Shown: positions 29,055 through 38,938, numbered from the stretch's first letter. The stretch is 64,000 bases of DNA from an uncultured archaeon (GCA_964410585.1 CAYPFW010000002.1:160001-224000); one strand, 5' to 3'. Translations and numbers: made by a program. Notes: generated by a model not told the origin, from the letters alone.

Positions 29055-29147
29055 GGGAGCTGGAATGGTAGAGCGCTTGCCTCTTAGGAAAAGAAATCGA
29101 TGGATATCGATTCCAACTGAGACAGCAAGATGTCGAGGGTTCGAATG

Positions 29148-29205
29148 CTAGCCTTTTCTTTAGAAAAGAAAAGTCTACCGTATCCAAAAGAACTAATATT
29201 CAAAT
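29148..29205 (+). repeat. Family-1 repeat inside tRNA T-loop intron
   Basis: CTAGCCTTTTCTTTAGAAAAGAAAAGTCTACCGTATCCAAAAGAACTAAT. Confidence 0.85.
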
Positions 29206-29270
29206 GCGGTTGGGTCGAAACACAAGTCGAAGACTCAAGACTGAATTTCCCTCTGGGCCCGTATTACTTT

Positions 29271-29852
29271 TCAAAACTTCTCTAATATAATTCGATAAAA
29301 TGTATGCCTATGCTTGAATGGTTTTAGATCTGTTCTTTGCATCTTCTTCTTTTGGATTATTTTTGATCTTTTCAAAAGCATCAAGGCCTTTTCAATGCTT
29401 AGTGAGTGAATTTCTTTATTTTTATCAAGACCTGTTATTTTTTCATCCAATGTTATTATTGCCAAACCACCTGTTTTTAGAAGATTTTCTATTCTAGGCA
29501 AGCTTTTTTCTATGTTTGTATAGAAAAGTGTATTTATACAAAGGACAATATCAAATTTGGTTTCTGTAGTTAGATTTTCTATATTACCAACACCAAACTT
29601 TATGTTTGGATAAAGTTTTCTGGCTTCGTCTATAAACCCTTTATTAGAATCTAAACCTTCTGCTATAATCCCATATTTAGAAAGTTTGTAAACTTCCCTT
29701 CCTTGTGCACACCCTATATCCAGAAGCTTCAATCCCTCTACTTTTTTGAAATGAATTTTGATTAATTTTATAATTTCTAATACAGGAGACTCTCTTTTCA
29801 GCCAATGTGACTGTCCAAATTGGACTTTGTTCTTATAAAGTTTTGATATCAT
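29271..29852 (-). CDS. Class I SAM-dependent methyltransferase
   Basis: LLDIGCAQG motif I, FDIV, LKTGG. Confidence 0.85.
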   Translation of the reverse strand: MISKLYKNKVQFGQSHWLKRESPVLEIIKLIKIHFKKVEGLKLLDIGCAQGREVYKLSKYGIIAEGLDSNKGFIDEARKLYPNIKFGVGNIENLTTETKFDIVLCINTLFYTNIEKSLPRIENLLKTGGLAIITLDEKITGLDKNKEIHSLSIEKALMLLKRSKIIQKKKMQRTDLKPFKHRHTFYRIILEKF

Positions 29853-29861
29853 ATGAGCACT

Positions 29862-32285
29862 CTATGAAGTTTCATACTCAGAATCAGTAATTGGTTTTGA
29901 AGATTTATTTTTCCAAAAAGTATACCCAACCAAAGCAGCTATCAGGACAACAACAATAATTATAAGCGGCAGCAAAATCGATCCAAAATCAAATCCTTTT
30001 TCAGGTGGTTTAGGACAGTCTAAACTTGCCAGAGGTTTGTTTTTTTCTGTGCCGCAATTGTTTTTGTCTGTGCAGGTCCTTGTTCCACATTGGTTAGTTG
30101 GTTCAGACCAATCAGAGCATCCCCAATCCTCTTGGCAAAGTCCTGTGATTTTGTTCTTTTTTATTTGGAGTTCTGCGCTTTTGGTTTCTTCTCCGTTGAT
30201 ATCCTTTGCTATACACTGCCACTTGTTATCGTTTTCCAAAGTCGCTGAATATTGGGCTGTCCCTTCTTTCTCCTGTCTGTAAAAACTTTCCTTTTTCACC
30301 TCGCCTAAATTTGGCCCAAAAAGTATTTTTATTTCTGACAAACCTTTGTCGTCGGTTGCAGTGCACGTCAATGTTGTTGTATCTTCACCAACTTCTCCAC
30401 TTGGTTCAATTTTTGTAATAACAGGAGGGTTATTTGATATTGTTTGTGCGCCTATTTTGAATGTTGAGTTTGATGCTTTTGTTTTGTTTCCAATAGAACA
30501 TTTTACTGTGTAAACAAAATCACCTTCTGATCCAAACTTTGCCGTTTTTGTGTAAAGATTTGAGTTTTGGTCAAAAATCATTTGGGATTTTTTTGCAGTA
30601 CCAGAAGGATCTGTATCAAATTCTATTTCACAGTTCGCGTTTGTTATAGGCAAATCATTTTCTGTGTAGAATGCGAAAAATTTTGCCTCCTGATTTGGGA
30701 GCCTCTGCAAGAATTTTGTCTCATCAAAAAGATCTAGGCTGATTTTAGACGTTTTCACTAAAACCGCACCGCCTGAGCTCAGTCCTTTTATCTCATAATA
30801 ATTTTTTGAATCAAGTACAATAGAAGAAACTTCTATCCTGTTTTGGTTTATTGTTGCAATTCCTGGAGCTGTTATTGTCCTTTGGCCTGAACAACCTTCG
30901 GATGTATCGTTTACAGAAGTTGCTTCTGGGCAGATTACAATCCCTGAATCAGAGTTTGTGTTTTGCAAATATGCTGTTGGATTTGTTAAACCAATAATAG
31001 AAGATAGGTCTAAATATACAGCACCTTCTCCTGAAACCCCAATTTTTGCAGAAGAAAGATCTATGTTTGTTTCAGAAAAGCCAAGCGTAGCGCCTGCAAC
31101 TGGTCCCAATGTAGGATGTTTTATTAAAACAGGAACATTTGAAAATGATTGGAAGCCTTGGTTCAATTTTTTTCCAGTCAAATCAAAAACCTCAAAACCA
31201 ACAGGCACTGAAATAAGCGAGTGTGTTGTTGCTTCTGCTCCATCTTGTTTCAAAAATAAGCCTTGAATATTATTCCCATTTTGGTATGCAACAAAATAAA
31301 GTCCTGATTTGTTCAAATATGCGATAGAGGGATTGGTTCCAGTTGCTATATTTTTTTTGGAAAAATGTGTGAGTCCCCACGAAATATCAAAGGATGCAAA
31401 TGATATGTTGCCTCCTTCCTGGAAAACAATTCCAAGCTCGCTATCTTTTGTATTGTAGCTAGATTCAGGAAGCCTCTCGTCTTCTGTGGATGTTGAAATT
31501 GGCTTGTCTGGTGTTATTGTAGCACCCTCCTTTATCTTAGTTAAGTATATGTCTTTTCCCAGACCTTGTCTAGAGTCTTCGTACAAAACATAAATTAGGT
31601 CATTTCCCTTTCTTTCCTCTAATTCTGGGAAATTTCTTGCTCCTGTTTCAGTTGATACTAATTGGTCAATTGTGGGAACAGGTGCACCTGTTTTATCAAA
31701 CTCTTTGAAATATAGGTTGTTGTCAGTTGAATTATGGTAGACTATTGTGTATTTAGAAAAATCAGGATCATATACAATTCCTGGATTTGTTTCATCTTGA
31801 GCTGACGCAGTTACCTGAATTTCAGAAAAAATAGGATTTCCTGTTAGACTATATACTTGAAAATAAATATCGTCTTGACCGCTTCTTTTGTCTTGCCAGA
31901 CAATTCCTATTTGCTTGTCTGCGGGATTAAAAGCTATTTTTGGGTTTGATTGTTTGCCTGCTGCTGAGATAGGAAAGTTTATCCCTTGTCCCAGTTTGTC
32001 AACAACAAAAACTTTCAAATCCTCCCCGCTTTCTCCAACAATTGCTGCTCTATCATATGATTTTTGGCCATCTATATTTGTAAGAGTGGGATCAATTGTT
32101 ACTGTGTTTCCTGTTTGTCCTGTGTTTTGGTCAATGCATGTGATTGTTAGTGGGCTAGAAGTAAAAACACAAGGTGAATCCAAATCAACGACAAGAGGAT
32201 CTGTGCCAGAAGAAACCTGAATAGACGCAGCTTGGATAATTGGAACTAACAAAATCACAAAAGCAAATAAAAATATTTTTTTCAT
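29862..32285 (-). CDS. Large membrane-anchored surface protein (repeat domain, Ig-like, Cys-rich module)
   Basis: Signal peptide, IVWQD.R..DIY repeats, C..W.C..WS..GTRTCTD.NNC, C-terminal TM. Confidence 0.75.
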   Translation of the reverse strand: MKKIFLFAFVILLVPIIQAASIQVSSGTDPLVVDLDSPCVFTSSPLTITCIDQNTGQTGNTVTIDPTLTNIDGQKSYDRAAIVGESGEDLKVFVVDKLGQGINFPISAAGKQSNPKIAFNPADKQIGIVWQDKRSGQDDIYFQVYSLTGNPIFSEIQVTASAQDETNPGIVYDPDFSKYTIVYHNSTDNNLYFKEFDKTGAPVPTIDQLVSTETGARNFPELEERKGNDLIYVLYEDSRQGLGKDIYLTKIKEGATITPDKPISTSTEDERLPESSYNTKDSELGIVFQEGGNISFASFDISWGLTHFSKKNIATGTNPSIAYLNKSGLYFVAYQNGNNIQGLFLKQDGAEATTHSLISVPVGFEVFDLTGKKLNQGFQSFSNVPVLIKHPTLGPVAGATLGFSETNIDLSSAKIGVSGEGAVYLDLSSIIGLTNPTAYLQNTNSDSGIVICPEATSVNDTSEGCSGQRTITAPGIATINQNRIEVSSIVLDSKNYYEIKGLSSGGAVLVKTSKISLDLFDETKFLQRLPNQEAKFFAFYTENDLPITNANCEIEFDTDPSGTAKKSQMIFDQNSNLYTKTAKFGSEGDFVYTVKCSIGNKTKASNSTFKIGAQTISNNPPVITKIEPSGEVGEDTTTLTCTATDDKGLSEIKILFGPNLGEVKKESFYRQEKEGTAQYSATLENDNKWQCIAKDINGEETKSAELQIKKNKITGLCQEDWGCSDWSEPTNQCGTRTCTDKNNCGTEKNKPLASLDCPKPPEKGFDFGSILLPLIIIVVVLIAALVGYTFWKNKSSKPITDSEYETS

Positions 32286-32286
32286 C

Positions 32287-32964
32287 CTAAATCCTGTCAT
32301 CGTCGCTGTCTTCGCTTGTTTCTAAAGGAATTGTTTTGAGGTTTTTTTCAACAACTTTCAGAGGATTGCTTTCCAAAACAGGTCCATGACCTGGAAGAAT
32401 TTTATCAACTTTTAATTTCAGAACTTTTTCAATTGATTTCTTTAGTTGGTTTGCATCTCCGCCTGGAAGATCTGTTCTGCCAAATCCATCTGGGAAAATT
32501 GTATCGCCTGTGAAAAGCAGCTTGCCTTTCGGTTCGTATAAGCAAATTGATCCTGGTGTGTGTCCAGGTGTGTGTATAACCTCCAATGTCAAATCACCAA
32601 AAGGAATTTTGTCCCCGTCCTTCAATTTTTTCTCAACTTTCATTGGTCTCATTTGCTTCCCAAAAAAATCAGCTACAGTCGCCTCTTCGTCTCCTTTTTC
32701 CAAAACAGATGCATCTGCTTCATGTATCCATATCTTGGCATTTGTCATGTATCCGTTCCCACCTATATGGTCGAAATGGTAGTGTGTGTTGATTATTGTT
32801 TTTATGCTGTCTAAGCTGGATTTGAAAACCCTGAGAACATCCATTAACCGAGTGAAGTTAAAACCAACGCCAGAATCGATTAGAGTATCCTTGTTCAGAT
32901 AAATGTTTGAATCTGCATCTGACAATTGAATCATTACAATATTGCCAATCTTCTTAACCGCCAT
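32287..32964 (-). CDS. Metallo-beta-lactamase fold hydrolase (glyoxalase II-like)
   Basis: THYHFDH, HTPGHT, FTGD, PGHG. Confidence 0.9.
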   Translation of the reverse strand: MAVKKIGNIVMIQLSDADSNIYLNKDTLIDSGVGFNFTRLMDVLRVFKSSLDSIKTIINTHYHFDHIGGNGYMTNAKIWIHEADASVLEKGDEEATVADFFGKQMRPMKVEKKLKDGDKIPFGDLTLEVIHTPGHTPGSICLYEPKGKLLFTGDTIFPDGFGRTDLPGGDANQLKKSIEKVLKLKVDKILPGHGPVLESNPLKVVEKNLKTIPLETSEDSDDDRI

Positions 32965-33043
32965 AACTTTTTACCCAAAAGGTTAATCAAAAACGGAGCC
33001 TATTTTTTCCTTCACTGTTGTTCGGAAAAAATTACGGCTTCCA
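32965..33043 (+). repeat. Dispersed repeat family 2 (double hairpin)
   Basis: AACTTTTT/AAAAGGTT hairpin plus GGAGCC-TA-stem..stem-T-TA-C-GGCTTCCA; matches 46581-46661. Confidence 0.8.
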
Positions 33044-33136
33044 CGATTAAACCTCGAGATCACCTTATACTTGTATTTTGTCAGAAAGGCATTTAAATAC
33101 TTCGCTAAAAATCAGAAAGGTTTAAAACCTTGATAG

Positions 33137-33604
33137 TTACTTCGTCTTCTTCCCCAAAACACTTTTCACAATCTTCTCGCAGTCTTCGTATTTTTGGTCA
33201 AATGTGATGTCAAACTTATGTTTATCTAGGGCCAAAACTCCTGTTCTCGGTCCATTGATACCTGTTGATGATTTTTTAATTTCAACCTTTTCAATATCTG
33301 AGTATAAGACTTCAAAATTATTTTTGTCAGCCCCTAAAATTTGGGCTACAGAAAGTTTTTTGGCTACATCTGTTCTTTTTTCTTGTTTCTCTGTCACCTT
33401 TTTTTGGCCAATTTTTTGACCAACAACAGCACCAATTCCACCGCCAATTGCCATTCCAGCAAGTGCACCAAATAGCGGATCTGATAGCTGTCCGCCAACT
33501 TTTGCAAAAACTATTCTGTCCTGAAGAAAAAGTGCTGCATAGTGAACATTTCCACCAAACATTTTCACCTTTGTTACCCTAAAAGCTCCTTTTACATCTA
33601 CCAT
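33137..33604 (-). CDS. Hypothetical protein with glycine-zipper segment
   Basis: GALAGMAIGGGIGAVVG. Confidence 0.65.
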   Translation of the reverse strand: MVDVKGAFRVTKVKMFGGNVHYAALFLQDRIVFAKVGGQLSDPLFGALAGMAIGGGIGAVVGQKIGQKKVTEKQEKRTDVAKKLSVAQILGADKNNFEVLYSDIEKVEIKKSSTGINGPRTGVLALDKHKFDITFDQKYEDCEKIVKSVLGKKTK

Positions 33605-33608
33605 ACTA

Positions 33609-34085
33609 TTAATCTACCAGTGCCCTTATCAAATCTTCCCTTGCAATTATCCCAACAAGTTTTTTGTTTTTTACCACAGGTAGCCTGTTCACTCTATGCT
33701 TTCTCATTTTTGCAGCAGCATCGTAAATTGTTGCTGTTGGTTCAATTGAAACTATTTTCCTCGTCATGATTTGACCGATTGTCTCAGCGCCTATTTCTTT
33801 CATTTTCCTTTGATGTTTCCTGTAATCAACTGCTGTCTGAAGAAGCGACATCACAAGCCCCTCTGGAGAAGGGTGGACAAAATGATTATTATTCTCAAAG
33901 TGTATGTCAACTGTTTTAGTTATATCAGATAAAGAGAGCACACCAATAACCATTCCATGATCAATAACAGGAGCGCCTGAAATCCTGTTTTTCACAAATA
34001 TTTTTGCAGCGTCAACAATTTTGTCAGACGGTTTGAATGTAATGACTTTCTTTGTCATGTAGTTTTTGACAAGCTTAGTTTTCAT
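33609..34085 (-). CDS. CBS domain pair protein
   Basis: ISGAPV and VNRLPV..LVGII CBS motifs. Confidence 0.9.
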   Translation of the reverse strand: MKTKLVKNYMTKKVITFKPSDKIVDAAKIFVKNRISGAPVIDHGMVIGVLSLSDITKTVDIHFENNNHFVHPSPEGLVMSLLQTAVDYRKHQRKMKEIGAETIGQIMTRKIVSIEPTATIYDAAAKMRKHRVNRLPVVKNKKLVGIIAREDLIRALVD

Positions 34086-34114
34086 ATGATTAATACTACA
34101 GAAACAGATCTATA

Positions 34115-35617
34115 TTAAGCCTTCAGTTTCCATCTTGTCTTCCCAGAATCTTCTAAAATAATTCCAATCTTCTCCAACTTCATTCTTATTTTGTCTGCTT
34201 CTTTGTATTCTGTTAGCTCCCTCATGTTTTTTCTTATTGCAACCATGTGTTCAACCATGTCTTCTGCTGTTTTGTCTCCGACTTCTGTCACCCTTGCTAT
34301 TTCTCTGTAGATTGGAATTATTTTTTCTTTTAGATCCTCAACATTGCCTTCTTTTAACAAATTCAAGCCAAATACATTGTCAAACCACTTGAAAGCTTTC
34401 AAAATTTTTTGCGCATTTCCTGAACCAATTTCGCCGTCGTCTAGTTTTTTGTTCACTTCGCGCATGAATTCAAAAACAGCTTTCAGCGCATCTGAAATAT
34501 TCAAATCATCATCCATTGCCTTCTCAAATTCATCCTGCGATTTTTTTATCAACTCGTCGACATTTGTGCCTTTTCCGTTTGCTTCTTTCAATCTCTTCAC
34601 AAAATCTTTCAGCCTTTGTACAATTGTTCCACAAGATTTCAAGTATTCCAAAGAAAAGTCTAAAGGCTGTCTATAGTGTGCAGACAAAAGCGCATACCTG
34701 ATTTGCATCGGTTTGTAGCCCTGAGCAAGAAGATCTCGAACAGTGTAGAAATTTCCTTTTGATTTGGACATTTTCTCGCCGTTAACAAGGAGATGTCTGG
34801 CATGTAGCCAATAATTCACAAATTTCTTTCCTGTTGCGCCTTCTGTCTGAGCGATTTCACATTCGTGGTGTGGGAAAATATTGTCTTCTCCTCCTGTGTG
34901 TATGTCGAAAGTTTCTCCTAAATATTTTGTACTCATTGCAGAACATTCAATATGCCAACCTGGATATCCTTCCTTTCCCCATGGCGATTTCCACTTCATC
35001 AAATGTTTGGGATCTTCTATCCAAAGCGCAAAGTCCAGTGGATTTTTTTTGTCTGGGTTTTCTTCAACTCTTCCGCCTGCACCTGCTTGCAAATTTTCAA
35101 TTGTGTTTCCAGAAAGTTTTCCATAATCCTTGAATTTTTTTACCTCAAAATAAACATTGCCATTGACAACATATGCATATCCTTTTTCAATTAATTTTTT
35201 TATTATCTCCTGCATTTCTTTGATGTGTTCTGTTGCTTTTGGTCTGACTTCAGGCTCTTTCAAATTCAAAATTTTTGAGTCTTCCAAAAAAGCTTTTATA
35301 TAAAAATCAGCAATCTCCAAAGGTGTTTTGTGCTCCCTCTCTGCTGCTTTTTCCATTTTGTCTTGTCCTTTAGAATCAGCAACATCATCCTGTGTCATGT
35401 GCCCGACATCTGTGAAATTCATGACTTGTTTTACATCATATGTTTTGTATTCTAAATATCTTCGAAGAATATCTGCAAAAATATATGATCGGAAATTTCC
35501 AATGTGCCCGAAATTATAGACCGTTAATCCGCATGAGTAGATGCGCACAATCTTGCCTCTAAGTGGAACAAATTCCTCTTTCTTTTTTGTCAATGTATTT
35601 GTAAATTTCAATGTCAT
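34115..35617 (-). CDS. cysS: Cysteine--tRNA ligase
   Basis: CG.TVY..HIGN, PGWHIECSAM, FPHHE.E, KMSKS. Confidence 0.97.
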   Translation of the reverse strand: MTLKFTNTLTKKKEEFVPLRGKIVRIYSCGLTVYNFGHIGNFRSYIFADILRRYLEYKTYDVKQVMNFTDVGHMTQDDVADSKGQDKMEKAAEREHKTPLEIADFYIKAFLEDSKILNLKEPEVRPKATEHIKEMQEIIKKLIEKGYAYVVNGNVYFEVKKFKDYGKLSGNTIENLQAGAGGRVEENPDKKNPLDFALWIEDPKHLMKWKSPWGKEGYPGWHIECSAMSTKYLGETFDIHTGGEDNIFPHHECEIAQTEGATGKKFVNYWLHARHLLVNGEKMSKSKGNFYTVRDLLAQGYKPMQIRYALLSAHYRQPLDFSLEYLKSCGTIVQRLKDFVKRLKEANGKGTNVDELIKKSQDEFEKAMDDDLNISDALKAVFEFMREVNKKLDDGEIGSGNAQKILKAFKWFDNVFGLNLLKEGNVEDLKEKIIPIYREIARVTEVGDKTAEDMVEHMVAIRKNMRELTEYKEADKIRMKLEKIGIILEDSGKTRWKLKA

Positions 35618-35657
35618 ATCCCCTCATATAAACTTGGAGTTTATAAATGTAAACTTG

Positions 35658-37343
35658 CTACTTCCTAAAAATCTCCTCTAAAGGAGTGGGTTTAGTCACT
35701 GTGTTTTTGAGTTCGTCTATTTTCAGTTTGTCCAATTGTTTAAACAGAATTTCTGGTTCGCTTATTCTATGGTTCTTTTTCAAGTTGATTTTGTTTGCAT
35801 CAGACCATTTGTATTTTTCTGAAACATCGAGCTGATCCAAAATTCTTTTTGAAGTTGAAGGCAAAAACGGCTCGACCAAAATAGCTAAGTTCAAACACAA
35901 ATTTGTGCAGAGGTAAATGACAGTTTCACATCTTTTTATATCTGTTTTCTTCAGTTCCCATGGTTTGTTTTCCTGGAAATATCTGTTTCCTTCTGCAGAC
36001 AATTCTAAAATTTTCTGAAGGGCTTCCCTTATCTTGATTTGTTCAAAAAGGTCGGTGACTTCTTTTTGGGTTTTTTCTATTTTTTTGACAAGTTCCATAT
36101 CTCTTGCTGAAAGCTCGTGGTAGTTCAATGTTTTGTCAAGATGATTGTACAAAAAAGACAAAGTCCTGTTTACAAAATTCCCAAAATTCCCAATCAAGTC
36201 GCTGTTGACCCTTGCTTCAAATTCGTCCCATTTAAATTCAGAGTCTTTTGTTTCTGGTATGATGTTTGATAGATAAAATCTCCAAATATCTACATCAACA
36301 CCAGAAGATGCAAGCTTCTCACAGAATACGCCCCAACTTCTGCTTTTTGAGATTTTGTCGCCCTCATAATTGCAATACTGGAGGCCAACAACTTGATATG
36401 GTAGGTTGAATCCTCCGTGTGCTATGAGCACTCCAGGCCAAAAAATTGTGTGGAATGGGATATTGTCCTTTCCTAGGAAATTGTAAACTTTAGTTTCTTT
36501 GTTTTTCCAGAAATCTTCCCAATTTTTCTCATTTTTTTCTGCCCACTCTTTTGTAGAGGATACATATCCAATTGGTGCGTCAAACCAAACATAGAAAATC
36601 TTGTCAGAAAAATCAGCCAAAGGAACAGGTACGCCAAACTTCAAATCTCTTGTGATGCATCTTGGCTTTAGACCTTCTTTTATCCAACCTAAAGCCAAAG
36701 CCCTTACCTGTTCTCTCCACTGTGGATTTGAGTCTATCCAATCTTTTAGTTTGTTTTCTAGTTTAGAGAAATCCAAGAACAGGTGTTTGACCTTCCTCTC
36801 TATTGGTTTTGATCCACAGAGTTTGCACTTTGGATTTTTCAGTTGATCTGGATCCAAAAGCTTTGTGCATGCCTCACACTGGTCGCCTCTAGCCCTTTCT
36901 GACTTGCAATAAGGACATGTACCTTCAACATATCTGTCGGGAAGAGACAAGTCGCATTTTTTACAATATGGAAGCTTGATAGATTTCTCAGAAATAAATC
37001 CTTTGTGATTTATTATTTCAAAAAAGTCCTGGGTTGTTTTGTGGTGTATTGGTTTTGACGTCCTTGAAAAATTGTCATAGCTTATTCCAAACCAGTCATA
37101 TATTGATTTGTGAATTTTGTGGAAAGTATCAACTAACTTTTGAGGTTCAATCTTCAATTCCCTTGCAGCAACCTCTGTCGGACTTCCATTTTCATCTGTC
37201 GCACCAATCAACACTGTTTCATATCCTTTAAGCCTGCAATACCTTGCAAAAATATCTGCAGGAAGATGTGAGCCTACTATGTTTCCAATGTGTGGAATGT
37301 TATTGGTGTATGGAAGCGCGCAGAGGATTAGTCGTTTTTCCAT
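35658..37343 (-). CDS. metG: Methionine--tRNA ligase (no C-terminal tRNA-binding domain)
   Basis: ALPY.N..HIGN, Zn knuckles, YVWFDA, GKDN..FH, KISKS. Confidence 0.96.
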   Translation of the reverse strand: MEKRLILCALPYTNNIPHIGNIVGSHLPADIFARYCRLKGYETVLIGATDENGSPTEVAARELKIEPQKLVDTFHKIHKSIYDWFGISYDNFSRTSKPIHHKTTQDFFEIINHKGFISEKSIKLPYCKKCDLSLPDRYVEGTCPYCKSERARGDQCEACTKLLDPDQLKNPKCKLCGSKPIERKVKHLFLDFSKLENKLKDWIDSNPQWREQVRALALGWIKEGLKPRCITRDLKFGVPVPLADFSDKIFYVWFDAPIGYVSSTKEWAEKNEKNWEDFWKNKETKVYNFLGKDNIPFHTIFWPGVLIAHGGFNLPYQVVGLQYCNYEGDKISKSRSWGVFCEKLASSGVDVDIWRFYLSNIIPETKDSEFKWDEFEARVNSDLIGNFGNFVNRTLSFLYNHLDKTLNYHELSARDMELVKKIEKTQKEVTDLFEQIKIREALQKILELSAEGNRYFQENKPWELKKTDIKRCETVIYLCTNLCLNLAILVEPFLPSTSKRILDQLDVSEKYKWSDANKINLKKNHRISEPEILFKQLDKLKIDELKNTVTKPTPLEEIFRK

Positions 37344-37355
37344 AATCTATTTATT

Positions 37356-37955
37356 TTACCTATTATTAAGAATCATCTCCCTCACAAGAGTCAAAAATTC
37401 CTGGGCTCTTTTGATTGATGTGTCTGCCTTATCTTTCTCTGCTATTTTTCCCATCTCATATGTAAATTCGCGTCTTTTAGACAGCTCAAATTTCACTTTT
37501 TCTATATGCTCACGTGCTTTTTGTTCAGCTATCTGCAAAATTTGAGAAGCCTCTAATTCCGCTTCCTGATATTGCTCTATAATGTGCTTTGTCATCTTTT
37601 TATCCAAGTCTAAGAAATAGTAAACCAGTGCATGGTAGGTTAGAGAATGCTTTCCTTGCTCTACATTAATTCTGCAACTATGTTTTGCCAACAGTGCAGT
37701 TGCAGCATAAAACATGGAGTAATATGCTGAGTTTATTACCCATGTGTACCCATCATATGTTGTTTTTAAGTGAAGCTCATCCTTTAGCCTGGTACTGTTT
37801 GATATTTCTGATAGTACTTTAGCTGTTTGAAGAGATACATCTGACTTAGCTAGGAAAAAATTGACAAAGTCCTTATCTGCTCCTATAATTAACCCTTCTC
37901 TTATTAACTGAGTTATAACTTCTCTAGACTTTTGAATATCTTTATCTGTTATCAT
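37356..37955 (-). CDS. HEPN domain protein (MNT-HEPN toxin)
   Basis: AYYSMFYAA.ALL and R..FTY motifs; coupled to MNT gene. Confidence 0.8.
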   Translation of the reverse strand: MITDKDIQKSREVITQLIREGLIIGADKDFVNFFLAKSDVSLQTAKVLSEISNSTRLKDELHLKTTYDGYTWVINSAYYSMFYAATALLAKHSCRINVEQGKHSLTYHALVYYFLDLDKKMTKHIIEQYQEAELEASQILQIAEQKAREHIEKVKFELSKRREFTYEMGKIAEKDKADTSIKRAQEFLTLVREMILNNR

Positions 37956-38551
37956 TTTATCAACATCCTATAATATTGTTCTGAACCAAATAAAATTATG
38001 TGGTTTTTAATGGCTTCGTTTAACACATTCAAATCGCTTTTACTTCTCATCTCAAAAAAGCTCTCCTCTGTAGCTGTATTGATATCAAAATTGTAGCTAA
38101 GAAGGCCTAATGCTGAATTAACCCACTTTTCAAAATCCTCTACATTTGTTTGATTTGGTACAATAAAGAAAAGATCAATGTCGCTCTTTGCGGTCTCTGT
38201 TCCTTTTGCATAACTTCCGAAGACAATGCAAGTAAAATAAGTATAATTTATTTTTTTTAAATCAGTTTCGATAAGCTTAATTCCTTTGTGTTTTTTTCCA
38301 AAATCTTCCTTTCTCAAATTCTCAATGTAAGAAAAAAGGCAAATGTTTGAAGAAAGATTTATTTTACACAACTTGGTTTGGCCTATTTTCCTAACTGAGG
38401 CTATTCCGTCTTTTTCAAGATCACCAACAGCTTGATAAACAAGCCTGTAGTTGACTTCTATTCTTTTTGAGATTTCCCTTATGTTGTAGTCTTTTGTAGG
38501 ATCTGAAAGCAAGAGCTTTAGAATCTCTACTTGGGTATTATTTATTACCAT
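37952..38551 (-). CDS. HTH plus minimal nucleotidyltransferase (MNT antitoxin)
   Basis: N-terminal wHTH; FGSYAKG..SDIDL. Confidence 0.85.
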   Translation of the reverse strand: MVINNTQVEILKLLLSDPTKDYNIREISKRIEVNYRLVYQAVGDLEKDGIASVRKIGQTKLCKINLSSNICLFSYIENLRKEDFGKKHKGIKLIETDLKKINYTYFTCIVFGSYAKGTETAKSDIDLFFIVPNQTNVEDFEKWVNSALGLLSYNFDINTATEESFFEMRSKSDLNVLNEAIKNHIILFGSEQYYRMLIK

Positions 38552-38571
38552 AAGTAATAATATTATTACTT
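38552..38571. promoter_or_regulatory. 20-bp perfect palindrome, likely autoregulatory operator
   Basis: AAGTAATAATATTATTACTT abutting the MNT start codon. Confidence 0.6.
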
Positions 38572-38588
38572 TAAGTAATATATAAGCT

Positions 38589-38831
38589 TTACGTCCACCT
38601 ACCCAGTTTTTGGCAAATCTCACACGCTTTGAACATGTTTCTTCTTCCATCTATCCAAAAATCTTTCAATCTTATGTGTGTCATGCACACTGTTTTCAGA
38701 CAAAGATCACAGATCCTCTGGCAATTGTGACAGGTTCTTTCTGAGCAAACCCTGCAAACAGGACTTGGTCTCTGCTCTTGAACAAAAGATGAGCAGACCT
38801 TGCACTCCTTTATTGGGTTGTAAAATTCCAT
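38589..38831 (-). CDS. Small Cys-rich zinc-binding protein
   Basis: Multiple CxxC motifs in 80 aa; GAGGAG SD-like motif upstream. Confidence 0.6.
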   Translation of the reverse strand: MEFYNPIKECKVCSSFVQEQRPSPVCRVCSERTCHNCQRICDLCLKTVCMTHIRLKDFWIDGRRNMFKACEICQKLGRWT

Positions 38832-38938
38832 TTTCTCATCTCCTCATAAGTTGTTCTGTGTTGCGGTTTTGAATCTTCCAAAAGATGATTCCATTTTGCT
38901 AAAAATTCCCAGTTTAAATGGACAATTTTTTTCTTTAC

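Larger units (their letters stand above)
28958..29261 (+). tRNA. tRNA-Lys(CUU) with three introns
   Basis: Exons 28958-28974, 29066-29086, 29124-29145, 29248-29261 join to GGGCCCA TA GCTC AGCCTGGTA GAGC G CTTGC CTCTTAA GCAAG ATGTC GAGGG TTCGAAT CCCTC TGGGCCC G, with all four stems paired; BHB-like motifs at each junction. Confidence 0.92.

Noticed and set aside
28990-29187. 65-aa minus-strand ORF
   Set aside because: Lies antisense within the tRNA gene
28975-29247. Family-1 copies as a mini CRISPR array
   Set aside because: Copies are long, divergent, irregularly spaced and dispersed; no cas genes
33081-33127. Short tandem TCAGAAAGG..TTTAAA
   Set aside because: Two short copies only; most simply promoter-like AT motifs
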